The notes beneath the pieces are model-generated. The model did not search any database. It was not told the DNA's origin and was given only the letters and a program-made list of their open reading frames with translations. Below, piece by piece: positions 33,354-42,536 of a stretch of DNA of 56,423 nucleotides. This DNA is from Geobacter sp. (GTDB lineage Bacteria; Desulfobacterota; Desulfuromonadia; Geobacterales; Pseudopelobacteraceae), in contig PLYK01000050.1 of assembly GCA_003151775.1 (NCBI GenBank), positions 5,580 through 62,002 on the forward strand, written 5' to 3'. Made by a program: the position numbers and the translations under genes. Positions within the stretch are counted from its first letter, which is position 1, and each line of letters begins with the position of its first letter.

Positions 33354-33479
33354 ATACCGATTTCAAATCAAGGATGAAATCAAGGCGGCGAGGATTGAGG
33401 CGACGAAGGCGTACAGTTTCGTACGTTGAGGAGCCGAAAACGAGCCAACGAAGATAGCGCCTTGATTTGGAATTGGTAT
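33354..33479. repeat. 126-bp ERIC-like intergenic element
   Basis: 20-bp TIRs ATACCGATTTCAAATCAAGG / CCTTGATTTGGAATTGGTAT (18/20); internal AAGGCGGC...GCCAACG arms; length like ERIC. Confidence 0.75.
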
Positions 33480-35365
33480 CAGCCGAGCGCCTCCAACTCC
33501 TCCCAACGGGCGTAGGCAGCGGCCAACTCCTGCTCCAACTCATCCAGCCGGGCGTTGATCTCCCCCACCTCGGCGCCGGCAGACTTGTAGAAGCCGGGAT
33601 CGGCCAGGGTGGCGTGCAACCTCCCCTGTTCCTCCTCAAGGCCTGCGATGAGGTCCGGCAGGGCCGCCAACTCCCGCTCCTCCTTGAAGGAGAGCTTGCG
33701 GGGGCGTCCCTTCTGCGGCCTGGCCTTCTCCTGGGCCGGTTTGGATGCCGCCGGGGCAGCGGGCGTCTCCACGGCGGCCTGCCGCAGCCAGTCGTCGTAC
33801 CCCCCCACGTATTCGCGGACCGTGCCGTCGCCGGTAAGCACCAGCGTGCTCCCCACCACGTTGTTGAGAAACTCCCGGTCGTGGCTCACCAGGAGCAGGG
33901 TCCCGGAATACTCCAGCAGCAGGTCCTCCAGCAGGTCCAGGGTCTCGGCGTCCAGGTCGTTGGTCGGCTCGTCCATCACCAGCACATTGGAGGGCTTGGT
34001 GAACAGCTTGGCCAGGAGCAGCCGGTTGCGCTCGCCGCCGGAGAGGATCGAAACCGGGCTGCGGGCACGCTCGGGAGAGAACAGGAAGTCCTGCAGATAG
34101 CCGATGATGTGGCGGCTTATGCCGTTGATCACCAGGGTGTCGTTCCCCTCGCCCACGTTTTCCTGCACGCTCCTGTCCGGGTCGAGCTGTTCCCGCATCT
34201 GGTCGAAATAAACGATCTCCAGGCGGGCGCCCTGCTTGACCGTGCCCAGGTCCGGCGCCAGCTCTCCCAGCAGCAGGCGCAACAGGGTGGTCTTGCCAGA
34301 ACCGTTGGGGCCGATGATCCCCACCCGGTCTCCGCGCATGATGGTGGTGGTCAGGTTGGCGATGATCGGGCGGCCGTCGTAGGCAAAGGAGACGTCCTCC
34401 ACCTCCGCCACCAGCCGGCCGGAACGCTCCGCCTCCTGCAACTGGATCCTGGCCGTGCCCAGGCGCTCCCGGCGTTGGCGGTGCTCCTCGCGCAGGTTCT
34501 TCAGAGCCCGCACCCGCCCTTCGTTCCTGGTCCGGCGCGCCTTGATCCCCTGCCTGACCCAGGCCTCTTCCTGGGCCAGTTTCTTGTCGAACAGCGCCTG
34601 GCGGGTGACCTCAGCCAAGAGAAGCGCCTCGCGGCGCTCCACGAACTCGTCGTAGCCGCAGGCAAAGGCATAGATCCGTCCCCGGTCCAGCTCCGCCACC
34701 CGGTTGGCCAGCCGCCGGGCAAAGGCCCGGTCATGGGTCACAAAAATCAGGGTCCTGACCTGGCGCAGCAGGAATTCCTCCAGCCAGAGGATGGTGTCGA
34801 TGTCCAAGTGGTTGGTCGGCTCGTCCAGGAGCAGGATATCCGGAGCGGCAATCAGCGCCTTTGCCAACAGCACCCGGCGCTTGGTGCCGCCGGAGAGAGC
34901 AGAGAAACCGGCCTCGGCGTCCAGGTGCAGCCGGTTCAGCACCCGCTCCACCTCCTGGTGCAGGCTCCAGCCGCCCCCCTCCTCCAATTTGTGCTGCAAC
35001 CCCTCCAACTCGGCCAGGAGCGCCGCGCTCCCCTCCTGCGACAGGAGGTGGGCGACCCGGTGGTATTCGGCCAAGAGCTCAGCCGCGTTGCCCATGCCTG
35101 AGGCCACCACGTCGAAGACCGTGCCGTCGATCCCCTGGGGCACTTCCTGGGAGACCAGGGCCAACCGCAACCCCTGCTGGCGTTGGATCTCGCCCCCCTC
35201 CAAGGGGAGTTCGCCGGCGACCAGCCTGAGAAGCGTCGATTTGCCTGTGCCGTTGCGCCCCAGCAGGCAGAGCCGGTCGCCCGGCTCGATCTGGAGGCTG
35301 ATGCCGTCGAAGAGCGGCGGCCCGCCGAAGGCCAGGGTTATGTCGCGAAGGGTGATCAGTGCCAC
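33479..35365 (-). CDS. uup: ABC-F ATPase Uup
   Basis: Two ABC domains (GRNGTGKST, GPNGSGKT, LDEPTN), WVRQGIKARRTRNEGRVRAL linker, KLSFKE...RWEELE C-terminus. Confidence 0.92.
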   Translation of the reverse strand: MALITLRDITLAFGGPPLFDGISLQIEPGDRLCLLGRNGTGKSTLLRLVAGELPLEGGEIQRQQGLRLALVSQEVPQGIDGTVFDVVASGMGNAAELLAEYHRVAHLLSQEGSAALLAELEGLQHKLEEGGGWSLHQEVERVLNRLHLDAEAGFSALSGGTKRRVLLAKALIAAPDILLLDEPTNHLDIDTILWLEEFLLRQVRTLIFVTHDRAFARRLANRVAELDRGRIYAFACGYDEFVERREALLLAEVTRQALFDKKLAQEEAWVRQGIKARRTRNEGRVRALKNLREEHRQRRERLGTARIQLQEAERSGRLVAEVEDVSFAYDGRPIIANLTTTIMRGDRVGIIGPNGSGKTTLLRLLLGELAPDLGTVKQGARLEIVYFDQMREQLDPDRSVQENVGEGNDTLVINGISRHIIGYLQDFLFSPERARSPVSILSGGERNRLLLAKLFTKPSNVLVMDEPTNDLDAETLDLLEDLLLEYSGTLLLVSHDREFLNNVVGSTLVLTGDGTVREYVGGYDDWLRQAAVETPAAPAASKPAQEKARPQKGRPRKLSFKEERELAALPDLIAGLEEEQGRLHATLADPGFYKSAGAEVGEINARLDELEQELAAAYARWEELEALG

Positions 35366-35400
35366 TGGTACCTCATGGTAGGTTCAGGTTAACGGTAACG

Positions 35401-35453
35401 GTAGGGGCGGCGCTTGCTCCGCCCAATCGGGGCGCGGCAAGCAGCGCCCCTAC
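35401..35453. repeat. GTAG-type REP doublet (REPIN-like)
   Basis: GTAGGGGCG...CGCCCCTAC; exact reverse complement of 46531-46583. Confidence 0.85.
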
Positions 35454-35462
35454 AAACAGGGT

Positions 35463-36632
35463 TTACCCAATAGCCCCCATCATCTCGGCAACATCACCAA
35501 CCCGCCAGACGGTAACATCACTACGCTTTTGTCGTTCCGTGCCGCCGTAGACCAAGGCGCAGGCGCTCGGCGGTGCCGTAAGCCTGGTGGAAAACGAACG
35601 CAGCCCCTTGAAATAGTCCTCGTTGATGGTCGCTCCCGACTTGATCTCGACCGGCATAACATATGGCCCCGACTCGATCACCAGGTCAACCTCGTCTCCC
35701 TTGGCGTCGCGCCAGAAATGCAGGTTGTTACGTCTGCCGCGATTGTAACGATATTTGAGCGCCTCGATGACCACCAGGTTTTCGAAGAGGTTGCCCCGCA
35801 AGGGATGACGGTTTATGTGCAGTTCGCTCTCCGCTCCCAGCAGATAGGCAGCCAGGCCTACATCGTAGAAGTAGAGTTTGGGGGTCTTGACCTGTCGTTT
35901 GGAGATGTTGGTGTGCCATGGCTGGAGCAGGAAGACGACATAACTCGCCTCCAGCAGAGTAAGCCAGCTGCGGGCAGTGGTGTGGGAAATCCCCACATCA
36001 TTTCCGAGGCTGTGCAGGTTGAGAAGTTGTCCCGTCCGTCCGGCGCAGAGACGGACGAATTTCTCAAACAGCGCCAGGTCCTTGATGTTCATCAACTGCC
36101 GGATATCCCGTTCCACGTAGGTTTCCAGATAATCGCCGAGGGCCTGGGTCGGGTTAAGTCCTGCATCATAGATACGGGGATAGAAACCTTGCAGGAGCAG
36201 GCTGTCGACGCCGGGCTGAATACCTGCGTTCGTGAGTTCTTCCATGCTGAGCGGCAGCAGTTTCAGCAACGCGGTACGGCCGGCCAGGGACTGGCTGATG
36301 GTGGTCATCACCTCGAATTGCTGGCTTCCGGTGAGGATAAACTGTCCCGGTACATTGTGTTCATCGACAATCGGCTGCACGAAAGAGAGAAGTCGCGGGA
36401 CTCGCTGGATCTCGTCCAGGATCGCACCGTCCGGATACGATGACAGGAAACCGCGCGGATCGGAGTGGGCGAATTCGCGGGTGTCCGGGCTTTCCAGGTT
36501 GACATAAGGCTTGTCGGGAAAGGTGGCCCGGCAGAGGGTCGTTTTGCCGCTCTGGCGCGGGCCGGTGACGGTGACGACCGGGTATTGGCCGGCCAACTGC
36601 TTCAGTATCGGCATGAGCGTTCGCGGGATCAT
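35463..36632 (-). CDS. AAA_14 + DUF4143 ATP-binding protein
   Basis: GPRQSGKTT, LDEIQR, ILTGS, SLAGR, KTPKLYFYDVGL, EVD...VEIKS. Confidence 0.88.
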   Translation of the reverse strand: MIPRTLMPILKQLAGQYPVVTVTGPRQSGKTTLCRATFPDKPYVNLESPDTREFAHSDPRGFLSSYPDGAILDEIQRVPRLLSFVQPIVDEHNVPGQFILTGSQQFEVMTTISQSLAGRTALLKLLPLSMEELTNAGIQPGVDSLLLQGFYPRIYDAGLNPTQALGDYLETYVERDIRQLMNIKDLALFEKFVRLCAGRTGQLLNLHSLGNDVGISHTTARSWLTLLEASYVVFLLQPWHTNISKRQVKTPKLYFYDVGLAAYLLGAESELHINRHPLRGNLFENLVVIEALKYRYNRGRRNNLHFWRDAKGDEVDLVIESGPYVMPVEIKSGATINEDYFKGLRSFSTRLTAPPSACALVYGGTERQKRSDVTVWRVGDVAEMMGAIG

Positions 36633-36638
36633 GTGATA

Positions 36639-36667
36639 AGTGTATGCGATGTTGGCGAAATTTGCAA
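36639..36667 (-). promoter_or_regulatory. Sigma70 promoter, probably giving a leaderless transcript
   Basis: TTGCAA-17 nt-TACACT, 6 nt before the ATG; no SD sequence. Confidence 0.55.
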
Positions 36668-36676
36668 GTTCAACTT

Positions 36677-37630
36677 TCAAATTTCCCCAACAAGTGCTCG
36701 GGCCAAGCAGTCAATATGGCGGTCGTCGGTGCCGCAGCACCCCCCCAGCACCTTCATGTTCAACTCCCCGTGCAGAGCGGCCACGCCCGCGCCGAAGATT
36801 TCCGGCGCCTCCTCCGCCAATTCGGAGCTGTTGTCCAACTCTTCCGGGCTTAAGGCGGAGGTGTTGGCAAACAGGCCGATCACCCGTTCCCTGACATGGG
36901 GTGACGAGTTGCGATCGTGGCTGACGGCGCGGCGGAAGACCGAGGCGTGGGTACAGTTGACCATGTAGGCCAGCGGCGGCGGTGAGGCCTGGCTGTCGAT
37001 GGCCGCAATGGCGACATTGAGTGGCGTGCCGTCCAACAGGGTCCCTTCCGGGCGGGCCACAAAGCTGACCAGATAGGGGAGTCCGGTAGCCGCCTGGGCC
37101 TGGGCCAGGCCGACGGCCTCGCTCAGGGCCGGCAGGGTGGCGGCCAACAGCAGATCTACCCCCGCAGCGGTCAGCGCCTCTGCCTGCCAGGCGTGGAAGG
37201 CGCGCGCCTCAGCAGTGCCCAAGGCCTCTTCCGGCTTGTAGGCATCCCCCTTGCAGCTCATCAGGCCGCTGATGACCACCTTTTTGCCGTAATCTCCCTG
37301 CTCCCGGCGCAGGTCATCCAGAAAGCGAAAGTTGTCGCCGTTCAGGTCGCGGCCGGCCAGCCCGGCGGCGGCGATGCGCACGCGACCGGCACGCCAGGTG
37401 GAGGTGGAGAGCAGAAGCGGCAGGCCGTAGCTGCGACCGATTGCCAGGTACTGGCGGCAGATCTCCGCCAGGGTGCTCCGTCCGCGGTCGTCGTAGATCA
37501 GCGCCGAATTGACCACCTGCTCGTCCAGGCAGATGCCGGGCATGCGCCGCAGGCGTTCGATGACCGCCCCCTCGCCCAGGATGACGGGGGATGATTCCAA
37601 AAGCTTCAGAAAGGCGCCCGTATGATTCAT
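36677..37630 (-). CDS. Homocysteine S-methyltransferase family protein
   Basis: TSTWRA, YMVNCTH, GGCCGT Zn-binding motif. Confidence 0.85.
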   Translation of the reverse strand: MNHTGAFLKLLESSPVILGEGAVIERLRRMPGICLDEQVVNSALIYDDRGRSTLAEICRQYLAIGRSYGLPLLLSTSTWRAGRVRIAAAGLAGRDLNGDNFRFLDDLRREQGDYGKKVVISGLMSCKGDAYKPEEALGTAEARAFHAWQAEALTAAGVDLLLAATLPALSEAVGLAQAQAATGLPYLVSFVARPEGTLLDGTPLNVAIAAIDSQASPPPLAYMVNCTHASVFRRAVSHDRNSSPHVRERVIGLFANTSALSPEELDNSSELAEEAPEIFGAGVAALHGELNMKVLGGCCGTDDRHIDCLARALVGEI

Positions 37631-37665
37631 GCTACCCCATGAACCGCAAAGCCGGAACAATGCTG

Positions 37666-37693
37666 CTCTCATCTCTCATCTCTCATCTCTCAT
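37666..37693. repeat. Heptamer tandem repeat (CTCTCAT)4
   Basis: Directly visible. Confidence 0.85.
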
Positions 37694-37771
37694 CGAGGTG
37701 ATAAACATGCACCGCAATGCCGGAACAATGCTGCAAATGGATTGCCCTGAAATGAAAGGCCCCGGTGTCCC

Positions 37772-38863
37772 TCAATGCCCCGGCATGGCCGGCGCCCCCC
37801 CCTGCTGGGGAGGCAGGTACTGTTCGAACTGTTTCTTGTCGACGGAGCAACGGTAGGCCTCTTCCGGGTTGATGCGCTTGGTCTTGAGCAGGTCCAGCAG
37901 ATGCTGGTCCATGAGCTGCATGCCGTCCTTCTTGGCGGTCTGGATGATGGAAGGGATCTGAAAGGTCTTGCCCTCCCGGATCAGGTTGGCTATGGCCGGA
38001 GTGCCGATCATGATCTCCAGGGCAGCGGTGCGCCCCTTGCCGTCGGCGGTCTTGAGCAACTGCTGGCAGACCACCCCCTTGAGGGATTCGGACAACATGG
38101 CGCGCACCTGCTCCTGCTGGTCGGTGGGGAAGACGTCTATGATGCGGTCGATGGTCTTGGCCGCGGTGTTGGTATGCAGGGTGCCAAACACCAGATGGCC
38201 GGTCTCGGCGGCGCTCATGGCCAGGGAGATGGTCGTCAGGTCGCGCATCTCGCCCACCATGATGATGTCCGGGTCTTCACGCAGGGCCGCGCGCAGGGCC
38301 GAGGCGAAGCTTTCGGTATGATCGCCGATCTGGCGCTGGTTCAACAGCGACTGCTTGTTCTCGTGGATGAACTCCAGGGGGTCCTCAAGGGTCAGGATGT
38401 GCTCCTTTCGGGTGGAGTTGATCAGGTCGATCATGGCCGCCAGGGTGGTGGATTTGCCGGAACCGGTCGGCCCGGTCACCAGCACCAGCCCTTTCTTGAA
38501 GTTGGTCATGCGCAGCACGCCGTCCGGCAGATGGAGATCCTCAGCCGAGAGGATCTTGCTGGGGATGATGCGGAACACGCCGGCGATGCCGCGGTGCTGC
38601 ATGAAGATGTTGCCGCGGAACCGGGCCAGCTCGGGCACGGCGTAGGCAAAGTCCAGGTCCTTGGCGGCCTCGAAATGGGCGCGCTGTTTTTCGTCCAGTA
38701 TCTCGAACAGGACCTCCCTGAGTTCTTCATCCGTCAGGCTTTTGAAGTTGAGGCGCACCATCTCGCCGTTCAGGCGGAAAATAGGCGGATTCCCGGTGGA
38801 AAGGTGCAGGTCCGAGGCCCCCTGCTCCCCCATCATCCTGAAAAGCGCGTCGATCTTTGCCAT
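37772..38863 (-). CDS. pilT: Type IV pilus retraction ATPase PilT
   Basis: ASDLHL, GPTGSGKSTT, EDPLE, LREDPD, ETGHLVFGTLH, IANLIRE. Confidence 0.92.
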   Translation of the reverse strand: MAKIDALFRMMGEQGASDLHLSTGNPPIFRLNGEMVRLNFKSLTDEELREVLFEILDEKQRAHFEAAKDLDFAYAVPELARFRGNIFMQHRGIAGVFRIIPSKILSAEDLHLPDGVLRMTNFKKGLVLVTGPTGSGKSTTLAAMIDLINSTRKEHILTLEDPLEFIHENKQSLLNQRQIGDHTESFASALRAALREDPDIIMVGEMRDLTTISLAMSAAETGHLVFGTLHTNTAAKTIDRIIDVFPTDQQEQVRAMLSESLKGVVCQQLLKTADGKGRTAALEIMIGTPAIANLIREGKTFQIPSIIQTAKKDGMQLMDQHLLDLLKTKRINPEEAYRCSVDKKQFEQYLPPQQGGAPAMPGH

Positions 38864-38969
38864 GTCGGGATCCCTCCACTGTTCTCACGGTCATATCACA
38901 TCCCCCCAACCATCTTGTTCCAAGAATGGTTGCGATCCCCCCTGCAAAGGGGAGCGGGGTTTTTCCCTC

Positions 38970-39000
38970 TACCGATTTCAAATCAAGGATGAAATCGGTA
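38970..39000. repeat. Collapsed 31-bp copy of the ERIC-like element
   Basis: TACCGATTTCAAATCAAGGATGAAATC identical to 33355-33381, then GGTA. Confidence 0.75.
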
Positions 39001-40653
39001 TTACAGCACCACCGAGGCGATATACTCCTCCGGCGATACCTCGCCCTCCATCAAAAGCCGCAGCCCCTCCTGGTCGCTGCCGCGGTAATCCGCCATGCGC
39101 AGGTAGTTGTCCAGAGCCGCCACATCCGACGACTGCTCGAAGACCCGCAGGAATTCGTCGTCGAAGACCAGGGCGTCCAGCAGGAAACGCCGCATGCCGA
39201 TTCCGCTGTGGCCGCACTCTTCGCAGCCGCTGGTGCGGTAGAAGGTTGCCGGAGGCTCTTCAAGGCGCATGACGTTTAGTTCCTCACGCGGCGGGATGTA
39301 GGTGGTCCGGCACGCGGGGCAGAGGATCTGAATCCCCTTGAAGGAGACCAGGCCGTTGACGAAACCCGGCAGGAAGCAGTTTTTCTGCTGGTAAAGCAGG
39401 AGGTGCCGCAGGACATTGCGGGTGCCGCGGATCTCCAGGCCCGCCAGAACCAGTTTCCCGCGCATGGCAGCGCGACAGGCGGCAGTGAAGGGCATTCCCT
39501 CGGTGGCATCCTCGATCACCAGGATGTCCGGGTCATGGTCCAGGGCGTCCATGATCAGCCGGGCGCGTTCCGCCTCGGAACAGGGGAGGGGTATACGCGG
39601 AAACCGTTTGTTCATCCGGCCCGGCTCCTCCCCCAGGATGACGACGTTCTTCCCCGCGGTGTCGGCCTCCTCCAGCATGAGATCGATGAAACGGCAGCGT
39701 TCACGGCAGTTGCGCGAGGCGAAAAAGGTAATGCCTTGCTGCGACCTGGCCAGCAGGTTGAAAGCGGCCTCCTGCGCCACCGGCAGGCGCAACTCGGCTA
39801 CCCGCGGGGGGACGATGGCGCTGACATGGGTCCGCAGGGTGATGTAATCGCCACCCTGGCCATGCATGACGGCCACCTGAAAGGTGACCGGACAGGATTT
39901 GTAGGTGAAGGGGAACAGGCCGGTAGCGCTCGACTCGGTGCCGGGGGCGATATTGGCGCTCTTACGCAGCCGGAGAGCGACGTCGGGATAGTAATTGGGC
40001 GCCAGGGCGCCGATGGTGCGGGTGGCGCCTCCCCGCTTGACGGTGATAGCCACCTCGTCGCCTAGGGGTTGCAGGGAGAGGGAGGAGAGACGGTTCTGGA
40101 TGATGAAAACCATCAGGTAGTTGAGCAGCGTGCAGCCGCTGATATCGTTGTTGATGGCCTCAAGGACCTTGTCGGAAAAGGCGGTCGAGCTGAAGCCCAG
40201 GCAGGCGTGGCTGATCGGGCCGTACCATTCGTCGAGCATCTGGCGGATCTCCCTGATCAGCGCCATGGACAGGTTGACCCGCAGGCCGGTCTGACGCTCC
40301 ACCGCCTCGACCGCAGCGCTGTTGAGCGGGTCGGCGATGGCGATGTTCAGTTCGCCGCCGGCGCAGATCAGAGGGATGAGGTTGTAGGCCCGGGCCAACT
40401 CGGCCGGCACAAGGGCAGTGGCTTCCGGGTCGATCATCTCCTTTTTCAGGCGGATGTAGGGGAGATCCAACTGGTTGGAGAGTGCCCAGTCGATATCCTC
40501 CTGGGCGACGATCCCCAGGTTGACCAGCGCCTCGCCGAAACGGCCGCCGGAGCGCTTCTGCTCCTCAAGGGCGCTGGCGATATCCGACTCGGTTATGATC
40601 TGCGAAGAAGAAAGTATATCGCCCAGGGTGCCCTTTTTCACCAGCTCTGTCAT
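39001..40653 (-). CDS. MshE/PilB/GspE-like protein with an MshEN domain and degenerate ATPase motifs
   Basis: LGDIL...ALEEQ / RFGEAL...ALSNQ MshEN-like repeats; DPDILVIE; CPAC...CEEC; Walker A absent. Confidence 0.8.
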   Translation of the reverse strand: MTELVKKGTLGDILSSSQIITESDIASALEEQKRSGGRFGEALVNLGIVAQEDIDWALSNQLDLPYIRLKKEMIDPEATALVPAELARAYNLIPLICAGGELNIAIADPLNSAAVEAVERQTGLRVNLSMALIREIRQMLDEWYGPISHACLGFSSTAFSDKVLEAINNDISGCTLLNYLMVFIIQNRLSSLSLQPLGDEVAITVKRGGATRTIGALAPNYYPDVALRLRKSANIAPGTESSATGLFPFTYKSCPVTFQVAVMHGQGGDYITLRTHVSAIVPPRVAELRLPVAQEAAFNLLARSQQGITFFASRNCRERCRFIDLMLEEADTAGKNVVILGEEPGRMNKRFPRIPLPCSEAERARLIMDALDHDPDILVIEDATEGMPFTAACRAAMRGKLVLAGLEIRGTRNVLRHLLLYQQKNCFLPGFVNGLVSFKGIQILCPACRTTYIPPREELNVMRLEEPPATFYRTSGCEECGHSGIGMRRFLLDALVFDDEFLRVFEQSSDVAALDNYLRMADYRGSDQEGLRLLMEGEVSPEEYIASVVL

Positions 40654-40714
40654 ACTCTCCTCCATGGGTCGCTACGCACATTTGCCGCCGCGGCGCGGAT
40701 GCCGGGAAGCGGCG

Positions 40715-42091
40715 TCACGCATCGATCCGGTCGCTTTTGTTCTCAAAACGGGTGTGCTCGCCGATGAAGACAAGTTCGATCGTGCCAATGGCGCCGTTAC
40801 GTTGTTTACCGATGATGATCTCGGCGCTCTTTTCATGGTTCAGGGTACAGGCGCCGTCCCGCTTGCGGCAGTGTTCGCAGTAGACCGCTTCGCGGTAGAC
40901 GAACATGATGACGTCGGCGTCCTGCTCGATGGCGCCCGACTCGCGCAGGTCGCTCATCATGGGGCGCTTGTCGCTACGGCTTTCCAGGCTGCGGTTGAGC
41001 TGGGAGAGGGCCACCACCGGCACGTTCAACTCCTTGGCCAGGGCCTTGAGGGAACGGGAGATGTCCGAGATCTCCTGCTGGCGCGATTCGGCGTTGGCGC
41101 TGCCCCGCATGAGCTGCAGGTAGTCAACGATAATCAGACCGATGTCGTGTTCGCTCTTCAGCCGCCGCGCCTTGGAACGCAGTTCCAGCACGCTGATGGC
41201 CGGGGTGTCGTCGATGAAGATCTTGGAGTCGTACAGCGTGCTGGCGGCCCGCTGCAACCGGGGCCAATCCGAATCGTGGAAATGGCCGGTGCGCATCTTG
41301 CCGAAATCAACCCTGGCGATGGAGGCAAAAAAACGCATCACAAGCTGCTCCTTGCCCATCTCCAGGGAGAAGATCACCGAGGGGACCTTTTTCTTGGCTT
41401 CGGCGCTGGCATACTGGACGATGTTGAGCGCCAGGGTGGTCTTGCCCATGGAGGGGCGAGCTGCGATGATGATCAGGTCTCCGGGCTGGAAGCCGGCGGT
41501 CATGTGGTCAAGGTCCGTGTAGCCGCTAGGGGTGCCGGTGATGTGCTCCTTACGGTCGTGCAGGGTCTGGAGGATCTTGAAGGTGTCCTTGATGATCTCC
41601 TGCACCGGCACGTACTGGGGCCGCAACTTGTTCTCGGATATCTCGTATATCTCCTTCTGCGCCATGTCCAGCAATTCATTGACGTCCGACTGTTCGTCGT
41701 AGCCGCGGGTGGCAATCTCGGTAGCCACGGAGATCAGCTTGCGATTGATCGACTTTTCCTTTACGATCTTGCAGTAATAGCTGACATTAGCCGCAGTGGG
41801 GACATAGTCCACCAGGGTCGCCAGGTAGGCCGCCCCCCCCGCCTCCTCCAGTTCGCCTTCTTTTCTGAGGGTGTCGGTCATGGTTATCAGGTCGCACGGC
41901 TCGCGCAGATCGGAGAGGCGCATCATGGCCCGGAATATCTTGCGATGGCTTTCGCGGTAGAAGTCATCCGGCCCAAGGATCTCCAGAGCGCGGTTGATGG
42001 CGTCGTTGTCGATCAGGACCCCTCCCAGTATGGACATCTCCGCCTCCAGGCTCTGGGGGGGAAGTTTGCGCGATTCGTCTGTCATACTCAT
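40715..42091 (-). CDS. dnaB: Replicative DNA helicase DnaB
   Basis: PPQSLEAE, AARPSMGKT, DYLQLM, SDLRESGAIEQDAD, KQRNG. Confidence 0.95.
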   Translation of the reverse strand: MSMTDESRKLPPQSLEAEMSILGGVLIDNDAINRALEILGPDDFYRESHRKIFRAMMRLSDLREPCDLITMTDTLRKEGELEEAGGAAYLATLVDYVPTAANVSYYCKIVKEKSINRKLISVATEIATRGYDEQSDVNELLDMAQKEIYEISENKLRPQYVPVQEIIKDTFKILQTLHDRKEHITGTPSGYTDLDHMTAGFQPGDLIIIAARPSMGKTTLALNIVQYASAEAKKKVPSVIFSLEMGKEQLVMRFFASIARVDFGKMRTGHFHDSDWPRLQRAASTLYDSKIFIDDTPAISVLELRSKARRLKSEHDIGLIIVDYLQLMRGSANAESRQQEISDISRSLKALAKELNVPVVALSQLNRSLESRSDKRPMMSDLRESGAIEQDADVIMFVYREAVYCEHCRKRDGACTLNHEKSAEIIIGKQRNGAIGTIELVFIGEHTRFENKSDRIDA

Positions 42092-42110
42092 ACCTTTGTC
42101 ATGAAGCAGA

Positions 42111-42536
42111 TTACAGATTTATGGTTTCCGCAGCCAGCTTTGCAATGGCGGCCACGTCAAGCAGGATGCATTCGCCTTCGGGAAGATGGAGCACTGCGGA
42201 TGCGCAGGGATCGTCCGGCGCATCGTTCAGCATGACCTGATCCGGCGGCGCAATCTTGAGGACCCGCTCCACCAGAAAGGCCAGTGAGGCGATGCGGGGG
42301 TCAGCCACGATCACCTTTTCCAGGTCGTGGCAACTGGGCAATCCCAGGAAGGCGGCCAGATCCATGACCGCAACAATGGTGTCGTGAAAGTTCATTGCCC
42401 CGACGTAACAGGGAGGGCTGCCGGGGATGGGCCAGGTAAGCGGCGGCTGGTCAACCTCTGCCACCTGCAGCAGGTTGACGGCGAAACGACGACCCTGCAG
42501 CGTGAACAGGAGGTATCCGTGCTGTTGCCGGGTCAC
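42111..42536 (-). CDS. CheW-like protein
   Basis: YLLFTL..RFAV...VAEV...IPGSP..VGAMNF...VMDLA. Confidence 0.8.
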   Translation of the reverse strand: MTRQQHGYLLFTLQGRRFAVNLLQVAEVDQPPLTWPIPGSPPCYVGAMNFHDTIVAVMDLAAFLGLPSCHDLEKVIVADPRIASLAFLVERVLKIAPPDQVMLNDAPDDPCASAVLHLPEGECILLDVAAIAKLAAETINL

